Shown here: positions 1 to 24,130 of the stretch, in pieces
Position numbering within the stretch: position 1 is the stretch's first letter
Layout: every line of letters starts with the position of its first letter
NCBI RefSeq assembly: GCF_009914755.1
Contig: NC_060925.1
Direction: 5' to 3' (one strand)
Source of the DNA: the human T2T-CHM13v2.0 reference genome, Homo sapiens
DNA: 64,000 nucleotides
The notes under the pieces: generated by a model
The model's input: only the letters and a program-made list of their open reading frames with translations
What the model was told of the DNA's origin: nothing
Database searches by the model: none
Translations under genes and position numbers: made by a program

Positions 1-97
1 CCCAATTTGTCAGGCGTGGTTTCCTGGTTTTCAACTCTCGTAAAACGCTAGTTGGTTGCCTGTAACTTTTATTTGGGATCATGCCATTTACCAATAA

Positions 98-4285
<4,188 letters not shown>

Positions 4286-4304
4286 TAGATAAGTAAATAC
4301 ACAA

Positions 4305-4460
4305 CAGCCAGTTTATTCTCTTCCAGTTCAGGTGGTCAGAAGTCTGAAGTCTCGGTGGAGACAGGGCCACACTCTCTCTGGAGGCTGTAGGGAAGGATCC
4401 TTCCTAGCCTCTTCCACCTTCTGGTGGCTCCAGGCACTCCTTGGCTTGTGGCCACATCAC
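4305..4460 (-). mobile_element. MaLR MLT1-type LTR fragment
   Basis: GAAGTCTGAAGTC...CTCTGGAGGCTGTAGGGAAGGATCCTTCCTAGCCTCTTCC...CCTTGGCTTGTGGCCACATCACTC. Confidence 0.7.
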
Positions 4461-4462
4461 TC

Positions 4463-5615
<1,153 letters not shown>

Positions 5616-6272
5616 TCACTGCACCCTCTGCTTTCTGGGCTCAAGTGATCCTCCCGCCTCAGCCTCAGGAGGAGCTGGGACTACAGGTGCCCACCACCAT
5701 GCCCTGCTAGTTTTTGTGGAGATGGGATTTTGCCATGTTGCCCAGGCTGGTCTCAAACTCCTGGGCTCAAGCCATCTGCCCACCTTGTCCTCCCAAAATG
5801 TCGGGATTACACGCGTGAGCCATCGCCTCCGGCCTGGGATTAGGATTTGGACGTATCTTTTTAGAGGCCACCATTCAACTCACTACATGTGGGAAATGGT
5901 TTCTTCTAATCCTAAACCTTCTCCCTCTCCTGCATGTACACTTTTTCATCCTTGTCTTTCTGTCCTGGGAAAAAGTAACCATCTCTATTCCTTCTCATAG
6001 AGGATTTTGGGGATTCACGTGGGGTTACTCCTCACACTAGGTGCTTTTCAAGATAGAGGGCTAACTACCGAGAGTGGGTATTTATCTAGAGAGATAGAGG
6101 CTTTTGGAGCAGGAGCACCCTAGGTAGTGGTGGATGGGGCAGGGCCCAGCTCCATCCTGCTGAGCACCCCCGAGAGGGTAACCTATTTGCAAAGCTTTTA
6201 CTCGTCTCTAAACCACTTTTGCTAAAACGTCTATTTTTAGCCTCACAACTTCTCTGAAGTTGGAGTAACTAA

Positions 6273-6722
<450 letters not shown>

Positions 6723-6829
6723 TAGTCTTGAACTCCTCAGTGTAGACAATCCTCCTGCCTCATCCTCCCAAAGTGCTAGGATTACAGGTGGGAGCCACCG
6801 TGCCCGACCTCCTTTCTTTCTTTCTTTCA

Positions 6830-7460
<631 letters not shown>

Positions 7461-8700
7461 TGTACGGGTGTCTATTGCAGGCTTTTTCACATGTGAATCA
7501 CAGTCCCGCCACTCCCCGGCTCAGCCTGGAACCTTCCCTCTGCTTTTCAGTGCTCTTTTGGTCAAATCCAAATCCTCAGCTGCCCCCTCCCGCATCCTCC
7601 TTGCTATCTGCACCCAACTTGGGCCTCCCTGCCTCCAGCATGCCACCACTGCCCAGGGCCTTTGCACCATTTCTTCCCAAAGCCTGCGATGCTCTGGCCT
7701 TCGAGACCCACGCGGCTTCTCCTCCGTCAGTTCATCCAGGTCCGTGCTCAGCTCCAGTGTCCTGACCTCAAGGAGGCCTTCCTAGTTCTGTAGTCCCCCT
7801 TCCCCTGTCTCTCCCCTCCTATCTTACATTTTTCGGCAGCACAACACTGTATCTTATTTTTATTCTTCTTAGTTTCTCTTCCTTACTGAGTATAAACTCC
7901 AGGGGGTTGCGGGGGTGGCAGGCCTGGGGCTTGTCCAGTGCTGCATCTCCAGAGCCCAACTGTATCAGGCACAGCTTGCTGCAAGATACACACTTGCTGG
8001 ATGAATCAGTGTTGCAAAGCCCGGGTCACCTCCAGTGTATGGAGGGCATGAGGTTGAATCCAGGTGCCTGACCCCAAACTCTGCTGCTTCCCCACTTCCT
8101 CCACCACCTCTTGAACTTTGTATCAGAAGCAGGACTAGGGATTCATTGAACCCTCCCCCAGCCCTGGGTCAGAGGGTACATTATTGTTCCCTTGTGCCAG
8201 ATGGGGAAACTGAGGCAGAAGTGACTCCTTCAAGGTCACACAGCCGACAGATGGTGGGGCAGGGATGTGAACCCTAGGTAGCCTGGGTTTTGAGTATGTG
8301 TGTTTTACAGAAAGAATTTCTGGGGAGCCCCCATCTAGCTGGACCCAGAAACACAATCTTCACCAGCCCTGGAGTCCTGGAGCACCTGGCCACCTCTGCG
8401 CTGTCTGCTCTGGCCCAGAATCAAGTATAAGGGGCACCATCCCCTCCACCTGCAAAACCCACAACCCCTGACCCTCTAAGTCATTCTCCAGCCCATCGGT
8501 CACAACCTGGGGATGGAGGGCACAAGGCCAGAGACTCCCAGCTCCTTTTCCCCAGGTATTCCCACCTGGCCACCTCTCAGCCCTCCTTGGAACCTGAGTT
8601 CTTGCAAGTCAGACTTTCTAGGAGTGGAATCTGACCTTGGCCTTGTTCTCTAACCATCTGCTCCACCCTTTCTTTGCCATCAACTTCACGTGATCCAGGG

Positions 8701-10028
<1,328 letters not shown>

Positions 10029-10189
10029 TTAGCTGGGATTACAGGTGCATGACACCACACCCAGCTACTCAGGAAGCTGAGGCAGGAATTGCTTGAACCT
10101 GGGAGATGGAGGTTGCAGTAAGCTAAGATCACGCAATTGCACTCCAGCCTGGGTGACAGAGTGGGACTCCACCTGAAGAAAGACAGAAA

Positions 10190-10280
10190 GTGAGAGAGAG
10201 AGAGAGAGGGGAAGGAAGGAAGGGAGGGAGGGAGGGAAGGAAGGGAGGGAGGGAGGGAGGGAGGGAAGGAAGGGAAGAAA
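10190..10280 (+). repeat. (GA)n/(GGAA)n/(GGGA)n purine simple repeat in an Alu tail
   Basis: Directly visible. Confidence 0.9.
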
Positions 10281-10379
10281 GATTAAAAAAATAAATAAAT
10301 AACTCTTCTAGAGCAGAAACATCCAATCCTGCAAAGCCCAAAGATGCCGTTCTAGAATATAACTAAGATAGCTCAAAAA

Positions 10380-10615
10380 CTCACATTTTCTGAGGGTGCC
10401 CTCTGTGTCAGGTACAGTTATAAACATTTTACATATATTAATTCATTTAATCCCAACAGCAGTTCTGAAAGTTGAGCACCATTATTAGTGTCCCCAGGCT
10501 ACAGATGAGGAAGCAGAGGCATAGAGAGGTTAAGTCACCTAAGGTCACACAGCTCCACAGTGGCAGGGCCAGGCAGTTTGGTTCCAAAGAAGGTGCTCTT
10601 AACCCCTAAGCTTCA
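10380..10615 (-). mobile_element. MIR
   Basis: CTCTGTGTCAGGTACAG..TCATTTAATCC..TACAGATGAGGAAGCAGAGGCATAGAGAGGTTAAGTCACCTAAGGTCACACAGCT; similar MIR pieces at ~6180-6310, 8175-8275, 12945-13030, 20135-20220, 25590-25740, 34980-35200, 37280-37380, 42185-42300, 53530-53740. Confidence 0.8.
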
Positions 10616-10981
10616 CTATACTTTTCCTGGCCAAAGCAAAGGGTAAAGACTCGAGCTGGGTAGTTTCTGCCTCGCCTGGAAGGAAAAGACCCACACCCAG
10701 CAAAGTGGGCTTCCTGCCAGGATGGGGCATGGAGGCAGTGTCTGGAGTCCCTTGTGCAGGGGCTGAAGAAGTGGGCTTCTCACACTTGCAGCCCCCACTC
10801 CCTGGGTGCTCAGAGTGGCTGCCCTGTGATAACCCTTCTTATGGGCATGCGTGGGTGGTGGTGGTGAAGCCACTCCGGGTTGAGCAAAACAAAAATGTTT
10901 GCAGCATTTGTGAGAAGAAGCTGTGAGTTGCTTGGCTTTTGGAGGGGAAGTTCTGCAGGGACGTTCTGCAGGAGAGGGTTA

Positions 10982-11350
<369 letters not shown>

Positions 11351-11777
11351 TCATCGTTCTTCAAGTTCCTGATAGAATCGGCTGCTGCCTTCCTCTATGC
11401 AGTTTCTGAGCTCTCTAGCTTTATTTTTAACTGTTGTCATGTGTGCCTTGGAGGAAGCTACCTCAAGTTCCCTTTGAATTGTCAAAAAAAATGAACTAGT
11501 TGCAGTGGAGAATGGACAGCAATCCTAGAAGAAAAATGGCCCCTTAGCTGCAAGAAAGTCAACCAACATGCATTACTTACATCAGCTCTGGGGCCTTCCG
11601 CTCCTTTCTCAGGAAATTAATACTGATTGGGAAATACTTTGGCCCCATTTGATGGAAGAGAAAAGAGGTGTTAGTCATTAAAGGGTGGGGCTGGTCAGTG
11701 GAGAACAGGCTTGGACGGGCAGAAGCACACTGCAGGCCCTTCCGCAGAGCTTGCCCAGATCTCCAGGCCTATTTTTC

Positions 11778-11814
<37 letters not shown>

Positions 11815-12213
11815 TGAGACGGAGTCTTGTTCTGTCACCCAGGCTGGAGTGCAGTGGCGCAACCTCGGCTCACTGCCACCTCCGCCTCCTGGGTTCAAGT
11901 GATTCTCCTGCCTCAACCGGTAGCTGGGATTACAGGCACCCACCACCACACCTGGCTAATTTTTGTGTTTTAGTAGAGATGAGGTTTCACCTGTTGGCCA
12001 GTCTAGTCGCAAACTCCTGACTTCAGGCGATCCACCTGCCTCGGCCTCCCAAAGTGCTGGGATTAGAGGCGTGAGCCACCGCTTGCCCAGCTTGAATGTT
12101 AAATTTAGCTTAAGCTTCCTGGCACCCCAAGCAAAAGAGAGGGTCATGATAAGTCCCTAGGGTCACGGTTTCAAAAAGGAAGTGTATCAGGTTTTCAGGA
12201 AAGTGAAACTTCT

Positions 12214-12843
12214 ATTTTATTTTATTTATTTATTTATTTATTTTTTTGAGATGAAGCTTCGCTCTTGTTGCCCAGGCTGGAGTGCAATGGCATGATCTCG
12301 GCTCACTGAGGCAATTCTCCTGCCTCAGTCTCCCAAGTAGCTGGGATTACAAGTGCCTGCCACCAGGAATGGCTAATTTTTTTTTTTTTTTTTTTGAGAC
12401 AGAGTTTCGCTCTTGTTGCCCAGACTGGAGTGCAATGGCATGATCTTGGCTCACTGCACCTCTACTTCCTGAGTTTAAGCAATTCTCCTGCCTCAGCCTC
12501 CTGAGTAGCTGGGATTACAGGTGCCCGCCACCATGCTCAGCTAATTTTTTGTATTTTTAGTAGAGATGGGGTTTCACCTGTTGGCCAGCATGGTCGTGAA
12601 CCCCTGACCTCAGGTGATCCACCTGCCTAGGCCTCCCAGAGTGCTGGGATTACAGGCATGACACTGTGCCTGGCCGTATTTTTATTTTTTATTTTTTATT
12701 TTTTTATTTTTATTTTTATTTTTAGTAGAGATGGGGTTTTGTCACGTTGGCCAGGCTGGTCTCAAACTCCTGGCCTCAGGTGATCCGCCCACCTCAGCCT
12801 CCCAAAGTGCTGGGATTACAGGCGGGAGCCACCGCACCTGGCC
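12214..12843 (-). mobile_element. Alu with a second Alu nested in its linker; 15-bp TSD GAAAGTGAAACTTCT
   Basis: TSD copies at 12199-12213 and 12844-12858. Confidence 0.92.
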
Positions 12844-13035
12844 GAAAGTGAAACTTCTTAGGACAGAGGCCTAACGAGACCCATGGCATGGTGAAAGTAG
12901 CAAGGATCTGGAAGAAGTTATTATAATAGATATTTATAGACTGTGTGGCCCTGAAAAAGGACTCAACTTTCCTGAGCCTCAGTTTTCTCATCCGTAAATT
13001 GGGGATAAGATTTACCTTGCTGGGCGGTTGTACGT

Positions 13036-15013
<1,978 letters not shown>

Positions 15014-15392
15014 TGGGGATCAAAGAGAACAATATGTAAGGCACATCTTAGCGCTTGACAACTTGGCATGCCTCCATTCTCCCGGCAGCATCTTGCATAG
15101 TAAAAAGCATGATTTGAATTGCTGTCAGCAAATACATATTCAATGAAGAATTCCTTTGGAAGATGCAAAACCATTCGTCATCTGGCTGTTTCTTGAAACA
15201 AACTCTAAAGACCAGAGGGCAGCGTTGAAAGTGCAGCCTAGCAAAAGCATGGTTAAGGCCAGGTGTTAGGAAACCTTAGGACGGGCCGCTCCCTCAGGAC
15301 AGGCTGCTCACTCGGCCGTCAGAGTTCCTTCTGAAACGTCCATTTGTCTTCTGGCTCTTGGCATCCTTGAAACAGGCTAGAGACCGCTGCTA

Positions 15393-16304
<912 letters not shown>

Positions 16305-16689
16305 TGGGCCTCTGCTTATTGCAGCCTCTGGAGCCAGCACGGGGCCCAAGGTGGTCCTGAGAGGCCCAGGCATCTCTTGGGTAGAAAAAGTCCTTCTCTA
16401 AGCCTCAGATCCCTCATCTGTCCAAGGGACCAATAACAGCTGCTTTACTTCCCAGGCTGGATTGAAGAGGGTCCTTTAAGCCATTGTTTCACTAAGCAAT
16501 TGACTGGCTCACCCTTCACCCTATCCTGGGAGGGCATGAAGCCACTGTTGTAATCTCAGGGGTGGGCTCACCCACCACCCCCATACTCTTGGTCCACCAA
16601 AGCCTGGAGGTCGCTGCTGTCAACCCAGGGCTGAGCAAGGAGGGACTTAGGCCCTGGGCTGTCTCCCCGAGCCTCTCAGTCATGCCTGC

Positions 16690-18093
<1,404 letters not shown>

Positions 18094-18397
18094 CTGGTCA
18101 CCTCGCAATGGCGCTTGGGGTCCCTGGGTGCCTAGAGCTGCAGGTTACCCCCTCTTCTTCTCCTGCTCTCAGCCTTTCTCCCGCTCCTGCTGAAATTCTT
18201 TCCTGCGTGAAGGCGGAGCGCTTAAAGGCGCCTAGGACCTTTATTTCGTTGTTTTCCTTTGCATAAAAAGAAAACTTGTTTTGTAGAAGGGCAAGCAAGG
18301 TGCAGCTTCCAGAGGCACCTGGGATGATGCCCCTCTAGCGGTAGGCGAACTGGGGAGTGTGGGCGGCGGGGGAAGGCGAGGCCCTGGAGGACCTGTT

Positions 18398-18440
18398 GTT
18401 TTTCCTGTTGCAAGTGAAAAGGAAACAAAGTGGGAAGTGG
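18398..18440 (+). promoter_or_regulatory. ETS/IRF/NFAT/LEF-type motif cluster upstream of exon 1
   Basis: TTTTCCTG...AAGTGAAAAGGAAACAAAGTGGGAAGT: IRF-like AAGTGAAA/GAAAAGGAAA, GGAAA (NFAT), ACAAAG (TCF/LEF), GGAAGT (ETS), ~65-105 bp before the TSS. Agrees with the leukocyte TF cluster described for this promoter. Confidence 0.7.
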
Positions 18441-18502
18441 AGTGTGCGGGTTGGCGGCAGGCGGGGCGCCCCGGCGCGCCCCGCCTCCCTCCCTCGAGGC
18501 TC

Positions 18503-18574
18503 ACTCGCGCCCAGCGCAGTCGCTCCGAGCGGCCGCGAGCAGAGCCGCCCAGCCCTGCCAGCTGCGCCGGGACG
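18503..18574 (+). other. PIK3CD: PIK3CD non-coding first exon (main leukocyte 5'UTR exon, 'exon -2a')
   Basis: CAGTCGCTCCGAGCGGCCGCGAGCAGAGCCGCCCAGCCCTGCCAGCTGCGCCGGGACG matches the 5' end of PIK3CD mRNA as I recall it. It ends at donor ACG|GTAAGC (18575). Inr-like TCACTC at 18501-18506; lies in a CpG island. Exact TSS approximate. Confidence 0.93.
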
Positions 18575-20550
18575 GTAAGCGATCGCCGCTGGCTGCGTCA
18601 GGGGAGGTGGGAAGAGGACCGCGGCCAGGGGCTTTGGGAGCTGCGGCTGCGCTCGGGGGCGCGGGGCTGGCTGGCGGGCGTCTCTCCGGCACACACAGCC
18701 CGTGCGCCCTGGCCCTGGGCGCCTCCCCGAGTCTAGCGAGCCGGGTCCTGGGAGCCCCGGGGGCCGGGCTGCTGGGACCTGGGCGGGGGCTGCCCTAGAG
18801 GCCCGGGGCCGTCCCCCGTGGGCCCGCCGAGAGGGGCGTGCGCAGCTCCCCGGCGCCTGCACTGCGCGCCTTGCCCGCCTGGCCCGGCAGCGGGGTTTCA
18901 GCTGCGCTCACAGCGGCGGTGCGGCCTCCGGTGCGCCGGCTGAGGCGCGAGGATACTGGAAGCGCTCAGCGCGTGCGCCCGCTCCGAGCGCTGACTAGAG
19001 GACCAGGGGCCTCCTCTGTACGGCAGCGGGGTCCACAGAGAGCGCGCTGGTGATGTCGCCCGAGTGCCCTGGCGCGGAGAGAGGGCTGCGCACAGTTCGC
19101 CGGCGCCCGGGTCCTGTGCGCCCTTCCCAGCCTGGGCAAGTGGGGAGCGGGGCTGCAGAGGGGCCGGGGTGGAAGTTTTCGGGGCTTCCTCCCGGCTCGT
19201 GGACCCGCGCCCCGCCTCCCAGTCCCGGGCCTCCCGCGTTGCTCGCCGCGTTTGCTGCAGCGGCGCAGGCGAGATCAGCTCCGGATCTGCGGCCGAGCCG
19301 GGGTTACGCCGGCAAAACCGCCCCCAGCTTTGCATTTCCGGACTTTTTAAAAAAATACTCTTACCCGTAATTCAGCCTGAATGAGGCTTTTTAAAAAAAT
19401 CGAGTTTCCTGTTTTTATTTAGGCTTCCTCATTTGCACCTCCTCCTTTGAGGTAGAGAAGAGGGGAACTGGGACGACCTTTCGTGGGCACCAGGATGGGG
19501 GCGTTGCAGGGCGGGGAGACGGGGGTCCAGAGAACCGGGGAAGGGCCGCTGGGAGGTCCCGAAAAGTGCGCTGTGGGTGGGGCGAGGGTGAAGCAGGTAG
19601 GGGCGAGATTTCCGGGGTCGCGGGTGGGGGGCGCCCTGGAGCGGCCAAGGTGCAGGGTCCTCGCGTGGCACCCTTGGGATCTGCCCAGTTTGCGGATGGA
19701 GCGCGGGGCTGATCGGGCAGGTCTCACTTGTGCAGGTGTTCCCTGGAAGGTGGGACCTGCAGATCTTGAACCCCACCAGACTCCATCAAGGGGGCTTCTT
19801 CCCGCCGATTCCTGAGAAGTCCTACCTCTGAGATGCTGGGCACAGCCGCACGTGGATGTGGGCGGGTGTGCCGTGGGTTGGAGTGGGAAGGGGCAATTAT
19901 TCCTCTCTCAGGGCTCTCGGAGGGGAAGGTTTACTGCTCCCTAGGGACTTTGAAACCAAGGGCTAACCCCCTGCTCTCTTCCAGGAGAGTGGGATACCGC
20001 CCGGGTGCCTGACGGTGCCTTGGTGTTCTTGACAATTGAATGGTACCATCGGGACATTACTCCCCAAAGAACTGGTCGTTCTTACCTAGGTGATTTCAGC
20101 TGGACAACTGTAGGAGCTGAGTGGTGTTGTCTTCATTTTACAGTTAAGGAAACGAAGGCTCAGAAAAGTTAAATAACTCACCAACCCACACAGTTTACAA
20201 GTAGTTTCTCCAGGATCCCAGCTCTTTCCGACGCCAGCGCGTTTAATCATCTGGGGGTGCCGTTGCTTGCGGGGGAAGGAGAATGTCCTAGTAATTCTCT
20301 TGGGGGGGATTTGGAGGGGACGACTGTTCAGAGAGGCACCCTCTAAGATACCCTTGAGACTCCTCTGTAACACCCGCTGCTGCTGTTCACACCCCCTCCC
20401 CAATTTGATTGATGTGTTGAGTGGGGCGGAAGGTTCTTTTGGTTGATGAGGCTGCGACCAAACGCAAGGAGATATAAATAGAGCTTTCTCTTTGGCTCTC
20501 TCTAGAGCAGAAATGCCAACCCCTTAGCATTTCCATGGCCTGCTGGAGTT

Positions 20551-20815
20551 TCATTTCTTGATATTAGGATTCCAGCCATCTTGGCTGGTGAGAGGCCTGC
20601 TGGCGGCTTCCTGGGCTTGGTCCTCTTTTGGTGCTTTCACAGAATGATGGAAGACACTGGAGTGGGCTGGAGGAGTGCTCTTAAAACCCAGTTGTGGCTG
20701 AGAGCGGTAGCTCATACCTGTCATCCCAGTGCTTTGGGAGGCCCAGACGGGAGGATCACTTGAAGCCAGGAGTTCAAGGTTGCAGTAAGCTATTACAGTG
20801 CCACTGCGCTCCAGC
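20551..20815 (-). CDS. PIK3CD-AS1: PIK3CD-AS1/C1orf200 putative 167-aa ORF, coding exon B (starts in an antisense Alu monomer)
   Basis: Acceptor CCCAG|GCTGGAG in an Alu; frame continues (K)LERSGTVIAYC...GWNPNIKK* with TGA at 20551-20553; 239+265=504 nt = 167 aa + stop. Confidence 0.55.
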
Positions 20816-20845
20816 CTGGGTGACAGAGCAAGAGCCCATCTCTGA
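20696..20845 (+). mobile_element. Alu monomer (FLAM/FRAM-like), exonised in PIK3CD-AS1
   Basis: Single ~150-bp arm with AluJ-like diagnostic sequence. Confidence 0.85.
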
Positions 20846-20969
20846 GAAACATAATACAACAACCCAGTTGCCTGCTCCAGAGACAACTAAGCTAGCCTCC
20901 TTCTGAGCCCCACTTCCCCCGCCCTTCAGCCCCTGTTCAGAAACAGACTACATTGGCCACACTACTCAC

Positions 20970-21208
20970 TTAGATGTTTCTGGAATTAGGGCACGTGCCC
21001 CAGAGGTACTCCCGACCACGCAGATGTCCCCTTCTGGCAGGAAAAGCGCGTTTCTGCGTTTCTGCAGCCTCAGTCCACGCCGCCAGGTCTTTGCACTAAG
21101 CTGTGGGCTCCGTTTCTCCTCCGATACCATGTTTAGCAAGTGTTTCCTGAGATCACACGGGGTGCCAGGGGCTGTGCTAAGAACAGGGCAGGCAGACTGG
21201 GAGGGCAT
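20970..21208 (-). CDS. PIK3CD-AS1: PIK3CD-AS1/C1orf200 putative 167-aa ORF, coding exon A (translation doubtful)
   Basis: ATG at 21208, MPSQSACPVLST...PETSK; donor TAA|GTGAGT at 20969; 239 nt. Confidence 0.55.
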
Positions 21209-21536
21209 CAGCCCCTGGGGGGCTTACAGGACAGACAGTCCACCAATGGTTGTGCGAAAGCCAGCCCGCTTTCGCACAACTGTCCGATGGAATTCATGGA
21301 GGTGGGAGTGGGGATGGTGAGAGTCGGTTCCTGCTTCATCTTGTTTTACTTAAATTGCACAGTGAAAGGGAGAAGTGAATGTGCAACGGATGAAGCAATT
21401 CCCCTTTGGCTGGGTTATTTTCAAAACCATTTTTGTGTAGAGAGCAGTTCCCGCCCTCCCTGAGGCCAGCTGCCGGTGTGGGCCTGATGGTGGGGTTTGG
21501 GGCCCCAGCAAATGTTTCCTTAACGTGGGACCTTCA

Positions 21537-21829
<293 letters not shown>

Positions 21830-22992
21830 CTACATTTCAAAAAAAAAAAAAAGAAAAAAAAGCTCTTTCAGCCAGGAGGGTGGCTTCAGCTACTCCCCAG
21901 GGGACAAGTGTGTTTTTCAGCAAAGCTGTTAGAGAAGATGGTCTAGAAGCAGTACCCCGGGATGGAGGAGACAAGGAAGGGCCCTATCCACTGGAGGATG
22001 GCAGAGCCTGGCTTGTTTGAAAGGGAGGAAAATATTGTCATCTTGGTACCGGTGACAGTGTTTCATAAATAGCGAAGGTGGCAAAACGCCACCTCTCTCC
22101 CTACAGTTAACGCTAAGACTGAGTTGTCTTTAGTTTGGTTGGTGGAAATCCCCGGCAATCATAGCAGAAATGCTGCCAGTTTCAAGATGGAAAAAATAAA
22201 AAACCCAGGAACCCCCCGCCCCCCCCCCCTTTTTTATTGCAGCTAAACACTGTGACTTGCTGTGGGTCCTACCAAAATAACGGCCATTCTCCCCTCCCTG
22301 AGGGCCAGCACAGTCCCTAGGGCCTGTGAAAGTTCCCCTTCCAGCTGCACTGGCTGGATATGCGTGAAACTCCCCTCCCTCCCCAGAAGTCACAACCTTA
22401 CCACCTCGGATAAGGGTCAGGGCTCCTGGAAATGGGTCCCTTTTCCTATTACTTTCTTTCTTTTTTCTTCTTTTTTTTTTTTTTTTTTTGAGACGGAGTC
22501 TCGCTTTGTCGCCCAGGCTGGAGTGCAATGGTGTGATCTCGGCCCACTGCAACCTCTGCCTCCAGGTTCAAGCGATTCTCCCACCTCAGCCTCCTGAGTA
22601 GCTGGAATTACAGATGTGCGCCACTATGGCCAGCTATTTTTAGTATTTTTAGCAGTGACGGTGTTTTGCCATGTTGGCCAGGCTGGTCTCGAACTCCTGA
22701 CCTTAGGTGATCTGCCCACCTTGGCCTCCCAGAGCGCTAGGATTAAAGGCGTGAGCCACCATGCGCGGCCTTCCTATTACATTCTGAGCACAGGGGGAGT
22801 GATCAGAGTGAAGGGTGTGGCATTTCCAAAGTGGTATTTCGGTTGGCTTCTGTTTCACTCATATTGGGGGAAATTGCTTCCACTTAGAGAAAATGCCGGA
22901 AGAGTGGGCGGTGCCAGGAGTAGGGTGGGGGAGGAGGAGATGCAGAAAGGGATAGACCTATTTGGGATTTTTGGTCCTGGAGGGATGCTGTA

Positions 22993-23208
22993 CGGGTTAA
23001 GTATCCCTTATCCAAAATGCTTGGGACCAGAAATGGGGTGGAGTTTGGATTTTGGAATATTTGCATTATATGCTTACCAACTGACCATTCCAAATCCAAA
23101 TATCTGACATCTGAAATGCTCCAAGGAGCTTTGTATTTGATCATGATGGCACTCAAAAATTTTGGATTTTGGAACGTTGTAGATTTCAGATTTGGGATGC
23201 TCAACCAG
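22993..23208 (+). mobile_element. Tigger4a/MER46-like TcMar DNA transposon (MITE)
   Basis: TA + TIR CGGGTTAAGTATCCC ... GGGATGCTCAACCAG; internal AAATGCTTGGGACCAGAA and TTTTGGAATATTTGCA. Confidence 0.8.

Positions 23209-24130
<922 letters not shown>

Larger units (their letters stand above)
18330..19880. promoter_or_regulatory. CpG island / main PIK3CD promoter
   Basis: Very high GC and CpG density, repeat-free, GC boxes (GGCGGGG, CCCCGCC) around 18460-18490, no TATA box, surrounds exon 1. Confidence 0.9.
19385..21360 (-). ncRNA. PIK3CD-AS1: PIK3CD antisense RNA 1 (C1orf200); ends approximate
   Basis: Minus-strand spliced ORF matching the recalled C1orf200 167-aa sequence; canonical intron 20816-20969; minus-strand AATAAA at 19414-19419. 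Confidence 0.8.

Noticed and set aside
18241-19815. Multiple 100-175 aa ORFs over the main promoter
   Set aside because: Same CpG-island artefact; the recognised exon here is non-coding
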